Below are positions 18,670-28,834 of a DNA stretch of 32,000 nt, piece after piece (position 1 is the stretch's first letter; every line of letters begins with the position of its first letter). The stretch is from Candidatus Atelocyanobacterium thalassa isolate ALOHA (GTDB taxonomy: Bacteria; Cyanobacteriota; Cyanobacteriia; Cyanobacteriales; Microcystaceae): positions 1,050,001 to 1,082,000 of the forward strand of contig NC_013771.1 of assembly GCF_000025125.1 (NCBI RefSeq), read 5' to 3'. The notes beneath the pieces are model-generated. The model searched no databases, was not told where the DNA came from, and worked only from the letters and a program-made list of their open reading frames with translations. The position numbers and the translations under genes were made by a program.

Positions 18670-18931
18670 TTTTAATTACACTCCTTAGTTATTAAGTAAT
18701 TTTTCAGCTTTTATTAAATTAAATAGCGAACTGTTTAGTAAATAGCTAACCATTAGTTTGAAAAAGATTTAAAATATCATCTTTTTGTTGTCCTTGTGCT
18801 TAAGTTATTGATTTAGAATATAAGTATAATATAAGTATAAAAGTAAATATTCTCATAACACCTCTTATTGTTTTCTTTTTTTAACTATATTCAATTTTTT
18901 AATTTTTTTTAATGATTTTACAAATTTAATT

Positions 18932-20386
18932 ATGGCTAAGAAAAGAAACGTATATGTATGCAATATCTGTGGAACAGAATCTGTTCAATGGTTCGGCAAG
19001 TGTGAATCTTGTCAAACTTATGGAAGCTTAGAAGAAAAAATTGTTGTAACACCAAGTTCTTCTGACAATATTTTAAGAAGAGAAAGATCGTTATATTCGA
19101 ATAAAGAAAATAATTCTAGAGCTACTCCAAAACCAAATATTTCAAATTATTTCGATGAAATTGTAGATAATGAGAAAATGCAGTTTCAATCTGGGTATGA
19201 TGAATTAGACAGAGTCTTAGGTGGAGGAGTTGTTCCAGGTTCTTTAGTTTTAATTGGCGGCGATCCTGGTATTGGAAAATCAACTCTTTTATTACAAGTG
19301 GCTAATAAATTAGCTCAAAAGTTACCTCGCATCTTATACATTTCTGCAGAAGAATCGGCACAACAAATCAAATTACGTGCTTCCCGCCTAATGATGCTAG
19401 GCACTGAAGAAAAACACATAGAGAGAAAAGAACTAGAACGATGTAATCGTAAAAATCTTTTCATTTTATCAGAAACCAATCTAGAAGAGATTCTTAGGGA
19501 ACTAGAATCTTTACAGCCTCAAGTAGCTATTATCGATAGTATTCAAACTTTATACCTTTCAACGTTAAATTCAGCCCCTGGCTCCGTTTCTCAAGTGAAG
19601 GAATGTACCTCAGTATTAATGAGATTGGCAAAAAGAGATAATATTACTTTGCTCATTGTTGGTCATGTAACAAAAGAAGGAGCTATAGCTGGTCCTAGAG
19701 TATTAGAGCATTTAGTAGACACAGTATTGTATTTTGAAGGAGATAGATATGCTTCTCATCGTGTCTTAAGATCAGTTAAAAATCGTTTTGGTGCTACTCA
19801 TGAGATTGGTATTTTTGAAATGATTGAAAGTGGCTTGGTAGAAGTCAAAAATCCTTCAGAATTATTTATGGGAAATCAAAATGAACTTGTACCGGGAACA
19901 GCTATTGTTGTTGCCTGTGAAGGTACTCGTCCTCTAGTCGTAGAATTACAAGCTCTAGTTAGCCCAACTAGCTATCCTTCTCCCCGTCGTTCTACAACAG
20001 GCATAGCATATAGTCGATTACAGCAAATATTGGCAGTGTTAGAAAAAAGGGTAGGAATTCCTTTATCTAAGTTAGATGTATATGTTTCTTCTACAGGAGG
20101 TTTAGGTGTTGAAGAACCTGCAGCAGACTTAGGGATAGCAATTGCTATTACTGCTAGCGTTAAAGATAAAGTAATTATTCCAAATACTATATTAATTGGT
20201 GAAGTGGGATTAGGAGGCCAAGTTCGTTCAGTACCACAATTAGAATTACGTTTAAAAGAAGCTGTTAAATTAGGATTTACAAGAGCGATTGTTCCGAATA
20301 GTAAGAATTATACTTTTAATGTTAATTTAAAAGTTATCCCTGTAGGAAAAGTAACTGATGCTATTAATGCTGCTTTTTCATCTTAA
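18932..20386 (+). CDS. radA: DNA repair protein RadA
   Basis: Carries an N-terminal C4 zinc finger (CNICGTESVQWFGKCESCQ), Walker A GGDPGIGKST, the KNRFG motif and a C-terminal Lon-like domain. Confidence 0.93.
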   Translation: MAKKRNVYVCNICGTESVQWFGKCESCQTYGSLEEKIVVTPSSSDNILRRERSLYSNKENNSRATPKPNISNYFDEIVDNEKMQFQSGYDELDRVLGGGVVPGSLVLIGGDPGIGKSTLLLQVANKLAQKLPRILYISAEESAQQIKLRASRLMMLGTEEKHIERKELERCNRKNLFILSETNLEEILRELESLQPQVAIIDSIQTLYLSTLNSAPGSVSQVKECTSVLMRLAKRDNITLLIVGHVTKEGAIAGPRVLEHLVDTVLYFEGDRYASHRVLRSVKNRFGATHEIGIFEMIESGLVEVKNPSELFMGNQNELVPGTAIVVACEGTRPLVVELQALVSPTSYPSPRRSTTGIAYSRLQQILAVLEKRVGIPLSKLDVYVSSTGGLGVEEPAADLGIAIAITASVKDKVIIPNTILIGEVGLGGQVRSVPQLELRLKEAVKLGFTRAIVPNSKNYTFNVNLKVIPVGKVTDAINAAFSS

Positions 20387-20879
20387 AAATAAAACATAAA
20401 AGCTAGTACCTTTAAACAGAGTGAATATTTTATAACTACGAAAGGTTAGATATCTATAATTTTCAATATTAAGTATCTGAGTAAAAACTACATCGTATAA
20501 TTTAGTCAAACATCATTTATTTTTTTATATTAATAAGATCTTATTTATTTGTACGCTTAATTAATTAACTCAAACAAACGATATAAAATAATATAAAAAA
20601 AGAGCAGATTTTTTCTTAAAACATGCTGATTATGATTAAAGTCTTTAAAATAGTGAGAATCTTGTTTTTTACTGCTAGTATAAAGAACGATTTTATTTTT
20701 TTTCAAAGTTGGGATAAAATTACGAGTGGCTCTTTATAGTTGAATTTTATACAAATAATAAGATTTAAAAATAAACTATTATTTTAATAACAATAGAAAC
20801 CACATGATTTTCAACTCTCTTTGAAAAGATTGGTAAACTAAAGAGAATAAAATTAAAATGGTTATCTAACATATATCTT

Positions 20880-21377
20880 ATGTTTTCTACACCTACTACA
20901 TTCACTAAATATGTATCAAAAGCACTAAGGCTTACCTTTCCTATTATTATTGGTATACTTACGATAGAAATCAGTTCATATAAGACTTTTGCTCAAACAT
21001 CTGCGTTGAATAATCCTTTGACTGTCCGTTCTGATATTCAAGAAGCAAACTCTGAAACTGGTGTTGTAACAGCTAGAGGAAATGTTCAATTTTTTTATCC
21101 TGCTCGTAAAATTCAGGGGACATCTGCCCAAGCTCAATACTTTAGCCGAGAGCGGCGTTTAGTCTTGACAGGTAACGTTTATGTTCTCCAGGAAGGAAAT
21201 AGCATGAGATCTGAAACCATGACATATCTAATTGATGAAGGACGATTTATTGCAACTCCAGAATCAGCTCAACAAGTAGAATCAATATATTTAGTTACTG
21301 AAACTGAAAATAACATTCCACAAAAGACTCCAATTAGTCCATCTTCTCAGATGGAAAAAAATTTCCCCAATTTCTGA
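20880..21377 (+). CDS. LptA/OstA-domain periplasmic LPS transport protein
   Basis: Signal/anchor sequence plus OstA-like beta-jellyroll repeats (VTARGNVQFFY...LVLTGNVYVLQEGNSM). It lies directly upstream (16 bp) of lptB. Confidence 0.7.
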   Translation: MFSTPTTFTKYVSKALRLTFPIIIGILTIEISSYKTFAQTSALNNPLTVRSDIQEANSETGVVTARGNVQFFYPARKIQGTSAQAQYFSRERRLVLTGNVYVLQEGNSMRSETMTYLIDEGRFIATPESAQQVESIYLVTETENNIPQKTPISPSSQMEKNFPNF

Positions 21378-21393
21378 TTTTTAAAATTTTCTT

Positions 21394-22122
21394 ATGACAT
21401 TGATTTTAGAGAATATACATAAAACCTATGGAAAGCGCAATATTGTCAACCGGGTTAACATTAGAGTAGCGCCTGGCGAAATTGTTGGATTACTTGGTCC
21501 TAATGGTGCAGGTAAAACTACTACTTTTTACATAGCAACAGGTTTGATTAAACCTGACAAAGGAAAAGTATGGTTATACCAACAAGAGGTTACTTCTTTA
21601 CCTTTGCATAAAAGAGCACGTTTAGGTATTGGTTACATGACTCAACAGCCTAGTATTTTTAGGTATCTTACTGTTCAAGAAAATATTCAAGTTGCTCTTG
21701 AACAAACAAATATTACTTTTAAACAAAGAACACAACGTCTTCATGGTTTACTTAAAGAGTTTCGCTTAGAAAAAATTGCTCATACGAAAGGATCTCAAAT
21801 ATCAGGAGGAGAGAGGCGGAGAACAGAATTGGCACGTTCCTTAGCTATGGGAAAGAAAGGCCCAGATTTTCTACTATTAGATGAACCCTTCGCCGGGGTT
21901 GATCCCATTGCTGTTTCGGAAATTCAAGCTATGATTGCTCAGTTACAAGAACGTCAAATGGGGATTCTAATTACTGATCATAATGTACGTGAAACTCTTG
22001 CTATAACTAATCGAGCTTATATTATGCGTGATGGCGAAATCCTAGCAGCTGGAAGTGCTGAAGAATTATACAGTAATTCCTTAGTACGACAATATTACTT
22101 GGGAGAAAACTTCCAAATCTAA
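21394..22122 (+). CDS. lptB: LPS export ABC transporter ATP-binding protein
   Basis: Carries Walker A GPNGAGKTT, signature ISGGERRR, Walker B LLLDEPFAGVDP and H-loop TDHN. It has typical LptB length and context. Confidence 0.9.
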   Translation: MTLILENIHKTYGKRNIVNRVNIRVAPGEIVGLLGPNGAGKTTTFYIATGLIKPDKGKVWLYQQEVTSLPLHKRARLGIGYMTQQPSIFRYLTVQENIQVALEQTNITFKQRTQRLHGLLKEFRLEKIAHTKGSQISGGERRRTELARSLAMGKKGPDFLLLDEPFAGVDPIAVSEIQAMIAQLQERQMGILITDHNVRETLAITNRAYIMRDGEILAAGSAEELYSNSLVRQYYLGENFQI

Positions 22123-22174
22123 AAATAAAATAGGCATTATAGATATTGGTCAAGTAAATTACCTTAAAATCAGA

Positions 22175-23323
22175 ATGAAAATAAAGATTCCTAGCTTATC
22201 AGTTGTAGATCGTTATTTATTTTTAGAGCTATTATCACCGTTTCTCTTTGGAATGGGAATTTTCACTTCCTTAGGCTTGTCTATTGGAACTTTGTTTGAT
22301 TTAGTACGCCGAGTAACAGAATCAGGATTAGTTTTAACAGTTGCTTTTCAGATTTTACTATTAAAAATCCCAGGTTTCCTGAGCTTAGCTTTTCCTATGG
22401 CTATATTACTTGCAGCTCTAATGGCCTATAGTCGATTATCTAGTGATAGTGAAATTATTGCTTTGCGTAGTCTAGGAGTAGGAATATATCGCTTAGTTAT
22501 TCCCGTAGTTATTTTTGGTTTTATAGTAACAGGATGTGCATTCGTAGTTAATGACTGGATAGCTCCTGCTGCAACTCATAAAGCAGCTATAATCCTAGAA
22601 GAAGCTGTTAGTCAAAAACGTCCTGATTTTAAAAGACACAATATTGTTTATCCAGAATATAAAACTGTTAAGGGTAAAAATGGTCAGGAGTCAACCATGT
22701 TAACTCGACTATTTCACGCTGAAGAATATAATGGTGAAGAGATGAAAGGTTTGACTATCTTAGATAGAACGCAAGAAGGTGTTAATCAAATTGTTACTTC
22801 TGAATCTGCAACTTGGAACATTTCGAGTAATACTTGGGACTTCTTTAATGGCACCATTTATCTTATTGCTCCAGACGGCTCATACCGCAATATTGTACGT
22901 TTTCAACACCAACAGTTAGCACTACCTAGAGCTCCTTTAGATCTGGCGGATCGCAGACAAAATTTCACTGAAATGACCATATCAGAGACAAGAGAATATC
23001 TTAAAGCGGTTCAATTTAGTGGTAATGAAAAACGTATTAGAAAAGTAAAAGTACGATTACAAGAGAAATATGCTATGCCTTTCGTTTGCTTGATTTTTGG
23101 CTTAGTTGGTGCCTCTATTGGAGTTAAACCTCAAAATACCAATAGAGCAACTAGTTTTGGAGTATGCGTAGGACTAATTTTTGGATACTATATCCTTGCT
23201 TTTATGAGCACTTCGTTAGGTATTTGGGGTATTCTTACTCCTTTTTTAGGAGCTTGGCTACCTAATATTGTTGGATTAGGTGCAGGTGGTTTATTGTTAG
23301 TTCAATCAGCAAGTTTAAAATAA
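22175..23323 (+). CDS. LptF/LptG-family LPS export permease (YjgP/YjgQ)
   Basis: Shows the N-terminal VVDRYLFLELLSPFLFGMGIFT signature, six predicted TM segments and a central periplasmic domain. Confidence 0.85.
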   Translation: MKIKIPSLSVVDRYLFLELLSPFLFGMGIFTSLGLSIGTLFDLVRRVTESGLVLTVAFQILLLKIPGFLSLAFPMAILLAALMAYSRLSSDSEIIALRSLGVGIYRLVIPVVIFGFIVTGCAFVVNDWIAPAATHKAAIILEEAVSQKRPDFKRHNIVYPEYKTVKGKNGQESTMLTRLFHAEEYNGEEMKGLTILDRTQEGVNQIVTSESATWNISSNTWDFFNGTIYLIAPDGSYRNIVRFQHQQLALPRAPLDLADRRQNFTEMTISETREYLKAVQFSGNEKRIRKVKVRLQEKYAMPFVCLIFGLVGASIGVKPQNTNRATSFGVCVGLIFGYYILAFMSTSLGIWGILTPFLGAWLPNIVGLGAGGLLLVQSASLK

Positions 23324-23328
23324 TTAAT

Positions 23329-24126
23329 ATGTCCCAGGCACTAACACTAAATATCGGTTGGCTATATCCTAATTTAATGAGTACGTACGGTGATCGAGGT
23401 AATGTCATCTGTTTACAGCGACGTTGCCAGTGGAGAAATATACTAGTTAATATTGTTCCTCTTGATCAAAAAGTTAATGCATCTTGTTTTTCTCAAATGG
23501 ATATAATTGTTGGCGGAGGAGCTCAAGATCGTCAACAAGAAATTGTCATGAGAGACCTCAGAGGAGCCAAAGCAGAAATGCTTAAGTTTAAATTAGACCA
23601 AGGTACCCCTGGAGTTTTTACCTGTGCTTCTCCTCAGCTTTTAGGTCATTATTATGAGTCTTCTTCTGGTCAACGAATTAATGGATTAGGATTACTAGAT
23701 ATAGTTACCAAACATTCTGGCTCAAAAATATCTCGTTGTGTTGGTAATATGGTATTTCAGATTACAGCATCTCCTTTGGTAGAAGATATTAAAGAAATTT
23801 CAGGTAAAAATCCTGTTATTATAGGCTTTGAAAACCATGGTGGACGCACTTATCTAGGTAATGTTCAACCTTTAGGAAAAATAATATTAGGATACGGAAA
23901 TAATGGAGAAGATGGATATGAAGGGGTATTTTATCGTAATGCGATTGCAACTTACTCACATGGTCCACTACTAGCTAAAAATTCATTTATTGCTGATTGG
24001 CTAATAAAAACAGCATTAAAAGAAAAGTATCAAAAAGATATAAAATTAGCAAATATTGATGATGACTTAGAAAAACAAGCAAGAAAAGTTATTCTTAAAA
24101 AACTAAAATTATCTTCTAGTATGTAA
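23329..24126 (+). CDS. GatD-like (CobQ/CobB-type) glutamine amidotransferase, lipid II isoglutaminyl synthase subunit homologue
   Basis: Collinear with S. aureus GatD from memory: YGDRGN, VGGGAQDRQQ, Cys99, IGFENHGGRTYLG, GYGNNGEDGYEG and TYSHGPLL. It starts 5 bp after the lptF/G stop. Confidence 0.7.
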   Translation: MSQALTLNIGWLYPNLMSTYGDRGNVICLQRRCQWRNILVNIVPLDQKVNASCFSQMDIIVGGGAQDRQQEIVMRDLRGAKAEMLKFKLDQGTPGVFTCASPQLLGHYYESSSGQRINGLGLLDIVTKHSGSKISRCVGNMVFQITASPLVEDIKEISGKNPVIIGFENHGGRTYLGNVQPLGKIILGYGNNGEDGYEGVFYRNAIATYSHGPLLAKNSFIADWLIKTALKEKYQKDIKLANIDDDLEKQARKVILKKLKLSSSM

Positions 24127-24348
24127 AAATAAATTTTACTAGCTATTATGGATTTGAGTCACAAATAAAAAAATGAATAATAAATGAAGGTCAAGCTTTC
24201 AGTTTATTCTTAATTACGGGGTTTTATAAAGATTCTTTTCGAAGTATTTGTTGCTAGGACAATTTAGATATAAATTGCAAGAATCAGAAATAGTAAAATT
24301 TACCCTATTTTTAGTTAATATAAGCTTATTCCCTTATTAGGAGAACAT

Positions 24349-25641
24349 ATGAATATCGCAGTAGTAGGCTTAAGTCATAAAACTGCTCCAGTCGAAGTTC
24401 GAGAAAAATTAAGTATTCAAGAAACTAAAGTTGAAGAAGCAATAATTCATTTACGAAGCTATCCACATATAGAAGAAGTAGCCGTTATTAGTACTTGTAA
24501 TCGTTTAGAAGTTTATGCAGTATTAACTGATACAGAAAAAGGGGTTATAGAGATTATTCAATTTCTTTCTGAGACTAGTCATATACCTTTAGGATATCTT
24601 AGACGTCACCTTTTTATATTACTTTATCAAGACGCAGTACGTCACTTGTTCAGAGTAGCTGCAGGACTTGAGAGTTTGGTTTTAGGGGAAGGACAAATTT
24701 TAGCTCAAGTAAAAACTACTTATAAATTAGCTCAAAAATATAAAGGAATTGGTAGATTATTAGATCGTTTGTTTAAACAAGCAATAACCTCTGGCAAGAG
24801 GGTTCGTAGCCAAACCAACATAGGTACTGGAGCTGTATCAATAAGTTCTGCTGCAGTTGAACTATCAATTACTAAAATAGATAACTTAACAAATCGGCAA
24901 GTTACAGTTATCGGTGCAGGAAAAATGGCACGCTTATTAGTTAAACACCTTTTAGCAAAAGGTGCAGCTTCTATTAATGTTGTTAATCGCTCTAAACTTA
25001 GAGCAGAAGAGTTAGCTCAAAAGTTTCCCACAGCTCAGTTAACATTAGTTCCTTTTGAAGAGATGATGACAGCCGTAAAAAACTCACACATTATTTTTAC
25101 TAGTACTGCAGCTAGTCAGCCAATTTTGCATCGCGAAAATCTACAAGAGGTTGTATCTACGCAAGAAAAATTAATGTTATTTGACATTTCTGTTCCTCGA
25201 AATGTAGCAACAAATGTACAAGAGATGGATTTTGTAGAAGTTTATAATGTAGATGACTTAAAGGCAGTAGTGGCGAAAAATCACTCTAGCCGTCAACGGA
25301 TGGCATTAGAAGCAGAAAAGCTATTAGAAGAAGAATTAGAAACTTTTGAGTTATGGTGCCATTCTTTAGAAGCAGTTCCAACTATCAGCTGCTTGAGAAC
25401 TAAAATTGAGGGTATTAGAGAACAGGAACTTGAAAAAGCTCTATCTCGCTTAGGAGTTGAGTTTGCAGAAAAACACCAAGAAGTAGTTGAAGCTTTAACG
25501 AGGGGAATAGTAAATAAAATTTTACATGAACCTATGGTTCAGCTACGCGCTCAACAAGATATTGAAGCTCGACAAAGATGCTTACAATCTTTGCAAATGT
25601 TATTCGATCTAGAAATTGAAATCGAAAAACAATTTAGCTAA
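24349..25641 (+). CDS. hemA: glutamyl-tRNA reductase
   Basis: Carries the catalytic Cys motif STCNRLEVY and the NADPH site VIGAGKMA. An AGGAGA Shine-Dalgarno sits at 24339-24344. Confidence 0.95.
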   Translation: MNIAVVGLSHKTAPVEVREKLSIQETKVEEAIIHLRSYPHIEEVAVISTCNRLEVYAVLTDTEKGVIEIIQFLSETSHIPLGYLRRHLFILLYQDAVRHLFRVAAGLESLVLGEGQILAQVKTTYKLAQKYKGIGRLLDRLFKQAITSGKRVRSQTNIGTGAVSISSAAVELSITKIDNLTNRQVTVIGAGKMARLLVKHLLAKGAASINVVNRSKLRAEELAQKFPTAQLTLVPFEEMMTAVKNSHIIFTSTAASQPILHRENLQEVVSTQEKLMLFDISVPRNVATNVQEMDFVEVYNVDDLKAVVAKNHSSRQRMALEAEKLLEEELETFELWCHSLEAVPTISCLRTKIEGIREQELEKALSRLGVEFAEKHQEVVEALTRGIVNKILHEPMVQLRAQQDIEARQRCLQSLQMLFDLEIEIEKQFS

Positions 25642-25865
25642 GCATTAAATATAGTCTGTTTCTAGTAAAAAAATATTGAATCTAGTAAATCTTATAAATT
25701 TTTTATTTTTTGTCTCTATGTATAGTATTCAAAATCATTGAACATCATTTTTGATTGTTTTATCAATAATTTCTTTTTCAGATTTTTCTATAAAAGCTTG
25801 AAAAATTAGCTATTATAATATGTCAACTTCTATATTACTTTAATCCTAATTCTCGCTTCAAAAAA

Positions 25866-26822
25866 TTAATCGAATCTTTTCTTAAGATAACATTCAGAAC
25901 ATATTAAATTAGGTGGACAAATCAAATCATCTCTTACAAATGAGATAGCTTGTTTGACAACAGAATAACTGGTTACATCACTAATAATTGTTTGTGCTGA
26001 TTTTACCAAATTTAATAATTTATTTTGATTGTTAGCTTGGCTTGAAATCAATAACAGATCGTTACCTCTTAGACTGTGAATTAGAATTTCTGCTACTTTT
26101 ATGATTCCAGTACTTAAACTAACAATTCCTAGGCGAGTGTCTTTTGGTAATACTTTAATAATTTCAATTTCTTTATTGTAATCATAGACATCAACAGGAA
26201 GTAAACGAGTTCCATATGTTGAAGTAATTGTCTCTACTTCCAAAACAAAATAACGACTAGTTACTACAGTTACTGAACTCTTCTTAGATAAGGTTTGAGA
26301 CAACTTCTTTAAAGGTACTAATTGAATAGGAATATCAAGAGCATTCTTCAATTCTTGTAATATTAATTTTCCTGCGCCTATATCTTGATCTGGTACTGTA
26401 ACTATAATTTGAGTACTGCAGAGTGAACGCCAGTTAAAAATTTCTAAAAATAATTTTTGAATTTCCGAGAAAGTTAATCCTTGCCATAGCATTCCATCTA
26501 CATTTTTATTAATTGACGCAATCGCGCTAGAATACTGAATAAACTGAGGGTGATTAGATAAAAATAGATTATGTTCTACAGGTCTTGATTTTACGTATAT
26601 CCCAGAACCTACTATTGATTCTACTAGACCAATTTCTTCAAGTTGCTGATAAATTTTATTAATAGTATTACGATGTAATCCTGTAGTTTTTGCTAACTGA
26701 CGAATACTAGGAAGCCTCTCTCCAGGCAAATATTGATTAGATGCAATTACAAAACGAATTTGATTAAATAATTGTGTAGAAGGTGGAACAATACTATCAA
26801 ATCTCACTTTAAACTGAATCAT
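25866..26822 (-). CDS. GntR-family transcriptional regulator, cyanobacterial PlmA-like subfamily
   Basis: N-terminal winged HTH (LPSIRQLAKTTGLHRNTINKIYQQLEEIGLVESIVGSGIYV) plus a long C-terminal domain of about 240 aa. The ORF is open to a TTG at 26843, but the ATG at 26822 (MIQFKV...) is the likelier start. Confidence 0.7.
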   Translation of the reverse strand: MIQFKVRFDSIVPPSTQLFNQIRFVIASNQYLPGERLPSIRQLAKTTGLHRNTINKIYQQLEEIGLVESIVGSGIYVKSRPVEHNLFLSNHPQFIQYSSAIASINKNVDGMLWQGLTFSEIQKLFLEIFNWRSLCSTQIIVTVPDQDIGAGKLILQELKNALDIPIQLVPLKKLSQTLSKKSSVTVVTSRYFVLEVETITSTYGTRLLPVDVYDYNKEIEIIKVLPKDTRLGIVSLSTGIIKVAEILIHSLRGNDLLLISSQANNQNKLLNLVKSAQTIISDVTSYSVVKQAISFVRDDLICPPNLICSECYLKKRFD

Positions 26823-26961
26823 AGCTATTAAATCAAGTAACAACTAGTTTATTTAAAAGTTGTAATATTAAATACTTTCCATATTACAAAAATTAATTTC
26901 TATTAGCATTGCTAAGTTTCTATAATTCTCGTTAAAAAGAAAAGTATTTTTAGCTAATGTA

Positions 26962-27513
26962 CTATACTTTACTTTCTTTAGAAAGCCGTCTTTTCTTTGC
27001 ATATAATTGAATAGATACTACCATTAAGATTGTTACCATTATTAGTAGTAAAGTAACGTAATCAAGTGGCAAATTATCTTTAAATATAACTAATAAAACT
27101 ATAGAGACTAACAAAATAGTAGGAGCTTCATTTAGCATCCTAAATTGTTTTCCTGTCCACAAACAGGTATCTTGCTCTAATTGTTTGATTATTCTCCCAC
27201 AGTAATAATGATAAATTACAAGTAGTCCAACGAATAGCAACTTAATATGTAGCCACCAGGATTGTAAGACAGTTTTGTCTGTAGAAACTATTCCCATTGC
27301 CATTATTACTGTCAAGAACATACCTGGAGTTGTAATAATATTGTAAAGACGCTTCTCCATCAACATATATTGATTTTTAAGAATAGTCCTTTTCGGCTCT
27401 TGTTCTTCATTAGCTTCAGCATGGTATACAAACAAACGTACTAAATAAAATAACCCGGCAAACCAAACTACAACACCAATTATATGAAAAGCTTTAAACC
27501 AATAATATTCCAT
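26962..27513 (-). CDS. hemJ: protoporphyrinogen IX oxidase, HemJ family
   Basis: The N-terminus YWFKAFHIIGVVVWFAGLFYLVRLFVYH and the 4-5 TM layout are typical of HemJ. Confidence 0.8.
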   Translation of the reverse strand: MEYYWFKAFHIIGVVVWFAGLFYLVRLFVYHAEANEEQEPKRTILKNQYMLMEKRLYNIITTPGMFLTVIMAMGIVSTDKTVLQSWWLHIKLLFVGLLVIYHYYCGRIIKQLEQDTCLWTGKQFRMLNEAPTILLVSIVLLVIFKDNLPLDYVTLLLIMVTILMVVSIQLYAKKRRLSKESKV

Positions 27514-27850
27514 AATTTTTTTTTAAATAATCGTCTGAAAAAGTATTATTTGTTTTTTAACTACTTGTTCAAGATTTTCAATAAGAATTAAAAATTTTTG
27601 TTTTGTTAATATGATAAGTTATAAACTACTATAGAAAAGCTAAGTACAAATAATAAGGTTTTTATTATACTTATTTTTAAAACTTAGATATAGACTTTCA
27701 ATCAAGGATAAGAGTTGAATCTATAGTAGATTTTGTACTATGTTATTAGCTCTTTCAAAGTTCTAATACCAATAAAATTTATATAATCTTAATTTAGTAA
27801 ATCACAAATTAAACAGTAAACAATATACATAAGATCATAAGACAACTTAA

Positions 27851-28501
27851 ATGGAAAATAATAGTTTTAAAAAAAGAGAATCCATTCTAAGCTTTATACT
27901 ATATCATCTTTTAAAAATTTTAATAGTCCATCCTCTTTTTCTAACTTATTTCCGCGGGAAAGTATATGGACAGGAGAATATTCCTAAAGGAAAACCAGTT
28001 ATTGTAATAAGCAATCATTCTAGTTATTTGGATCCCCCTCTTATTTCTTCATGTATGAATAGGCCTGTAGCCTTTATGGCTAAAGAAGAATTGTTTAAAA
28101 TTCCTTTGTTAGCACAAGCAATCCGTTTATGTGGGGCTTATCCTGTTAAGAGAGAAACTGGCGACCGTGGTGCAATTAAATCAGCGATAAATGCATTAAA
28201 AAACGGTTGGCTGGTGGGTATTTTTTTACAAGGAACTCGTACTAAGGACGGAAGTATTGACAAACCAAAGCTTGGAGCTGCAATGATTGCAAATAGAACT
28301 CAAGCTCTTTTGCTACCCATATCTTTGTGGGGAACTCATGAAATTTTAAAAAAAGGTTCTTTCTTTCCTATTTCTGTACCTTTAACTATTCGTATTGGAA
28401 AACCTGTTGAACCTCCACAATCAAATAAACGCAAAGAGCTGGAAGAAGTTACCCAGAAATGTGCTGATCGAATTAATCAGTTAAATAGTCTAGGACGCTA
28501 A
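27851..28501 (+). CDS. plsC: 1-acyl-sn-glycerol-3-phosphate acyltransferase
   Basis: Carries the HX4D motif NHSSYLDP, an FPEGTR-like FLQGTRT and the AYPVKRE block. Confidence 0.85.
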   Translation: MENNSFKKRESILSFILYHLLKILIVHPLFLTYFRGKVYGQENIPKGKPVIVISNHSSYLDPPLISSCMNRPVAFMAKEELFKIPLLAQAIRLCGAYPVKRETGDRGAIKSAINALKNGWLVGIFLQGTRTKDGSIDKPKLGAAMIANRTQALLLPISLWGTHEILKKGSFFPISVPLTIRIGKPVEPPQSNKRKELEEVTQKCADRINQLNSLGR

Positions 28502-28834
28502 TGTTAAACTATTAATAATAATTTAATTTTTTAATAATATTAATAGCTTATTATAAAAAAATTATACGAGTAAAAAATTGAGAAAAAGTATTTCAACTAT
28601 TATTTCAACAATATAAACAATATATGAGTTGTATTCCAATATCTGCATCGCTATATCTGATGTGCTTTCAAGATGTTTTTGAAAATTAAAACTATTATGT
28701 TTCCATAAACTATTTTGTAGTATTTAAACTTATAAGGCGTATAGCTTTATAAATCTTTGAATAGTGTTAAATATATATAACTTGATCACTCTTAGATACA
28801 ATAAACATATCAAAAATTCAAGTAGCATACTCAA

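Noticed and set aside
24349-27513. hemA and hemJ flanking a PlmA-type GntR regulator as a possible tetrapyrrole regulon.
   Set aside because: hemA is convergent with the regulator gene. Only hemJ could be co-transcribed with it, across a 139-bp gap. I know of no evidence linking PlmA-type regulators to heme genes, so I cannot support this from sequence alone.
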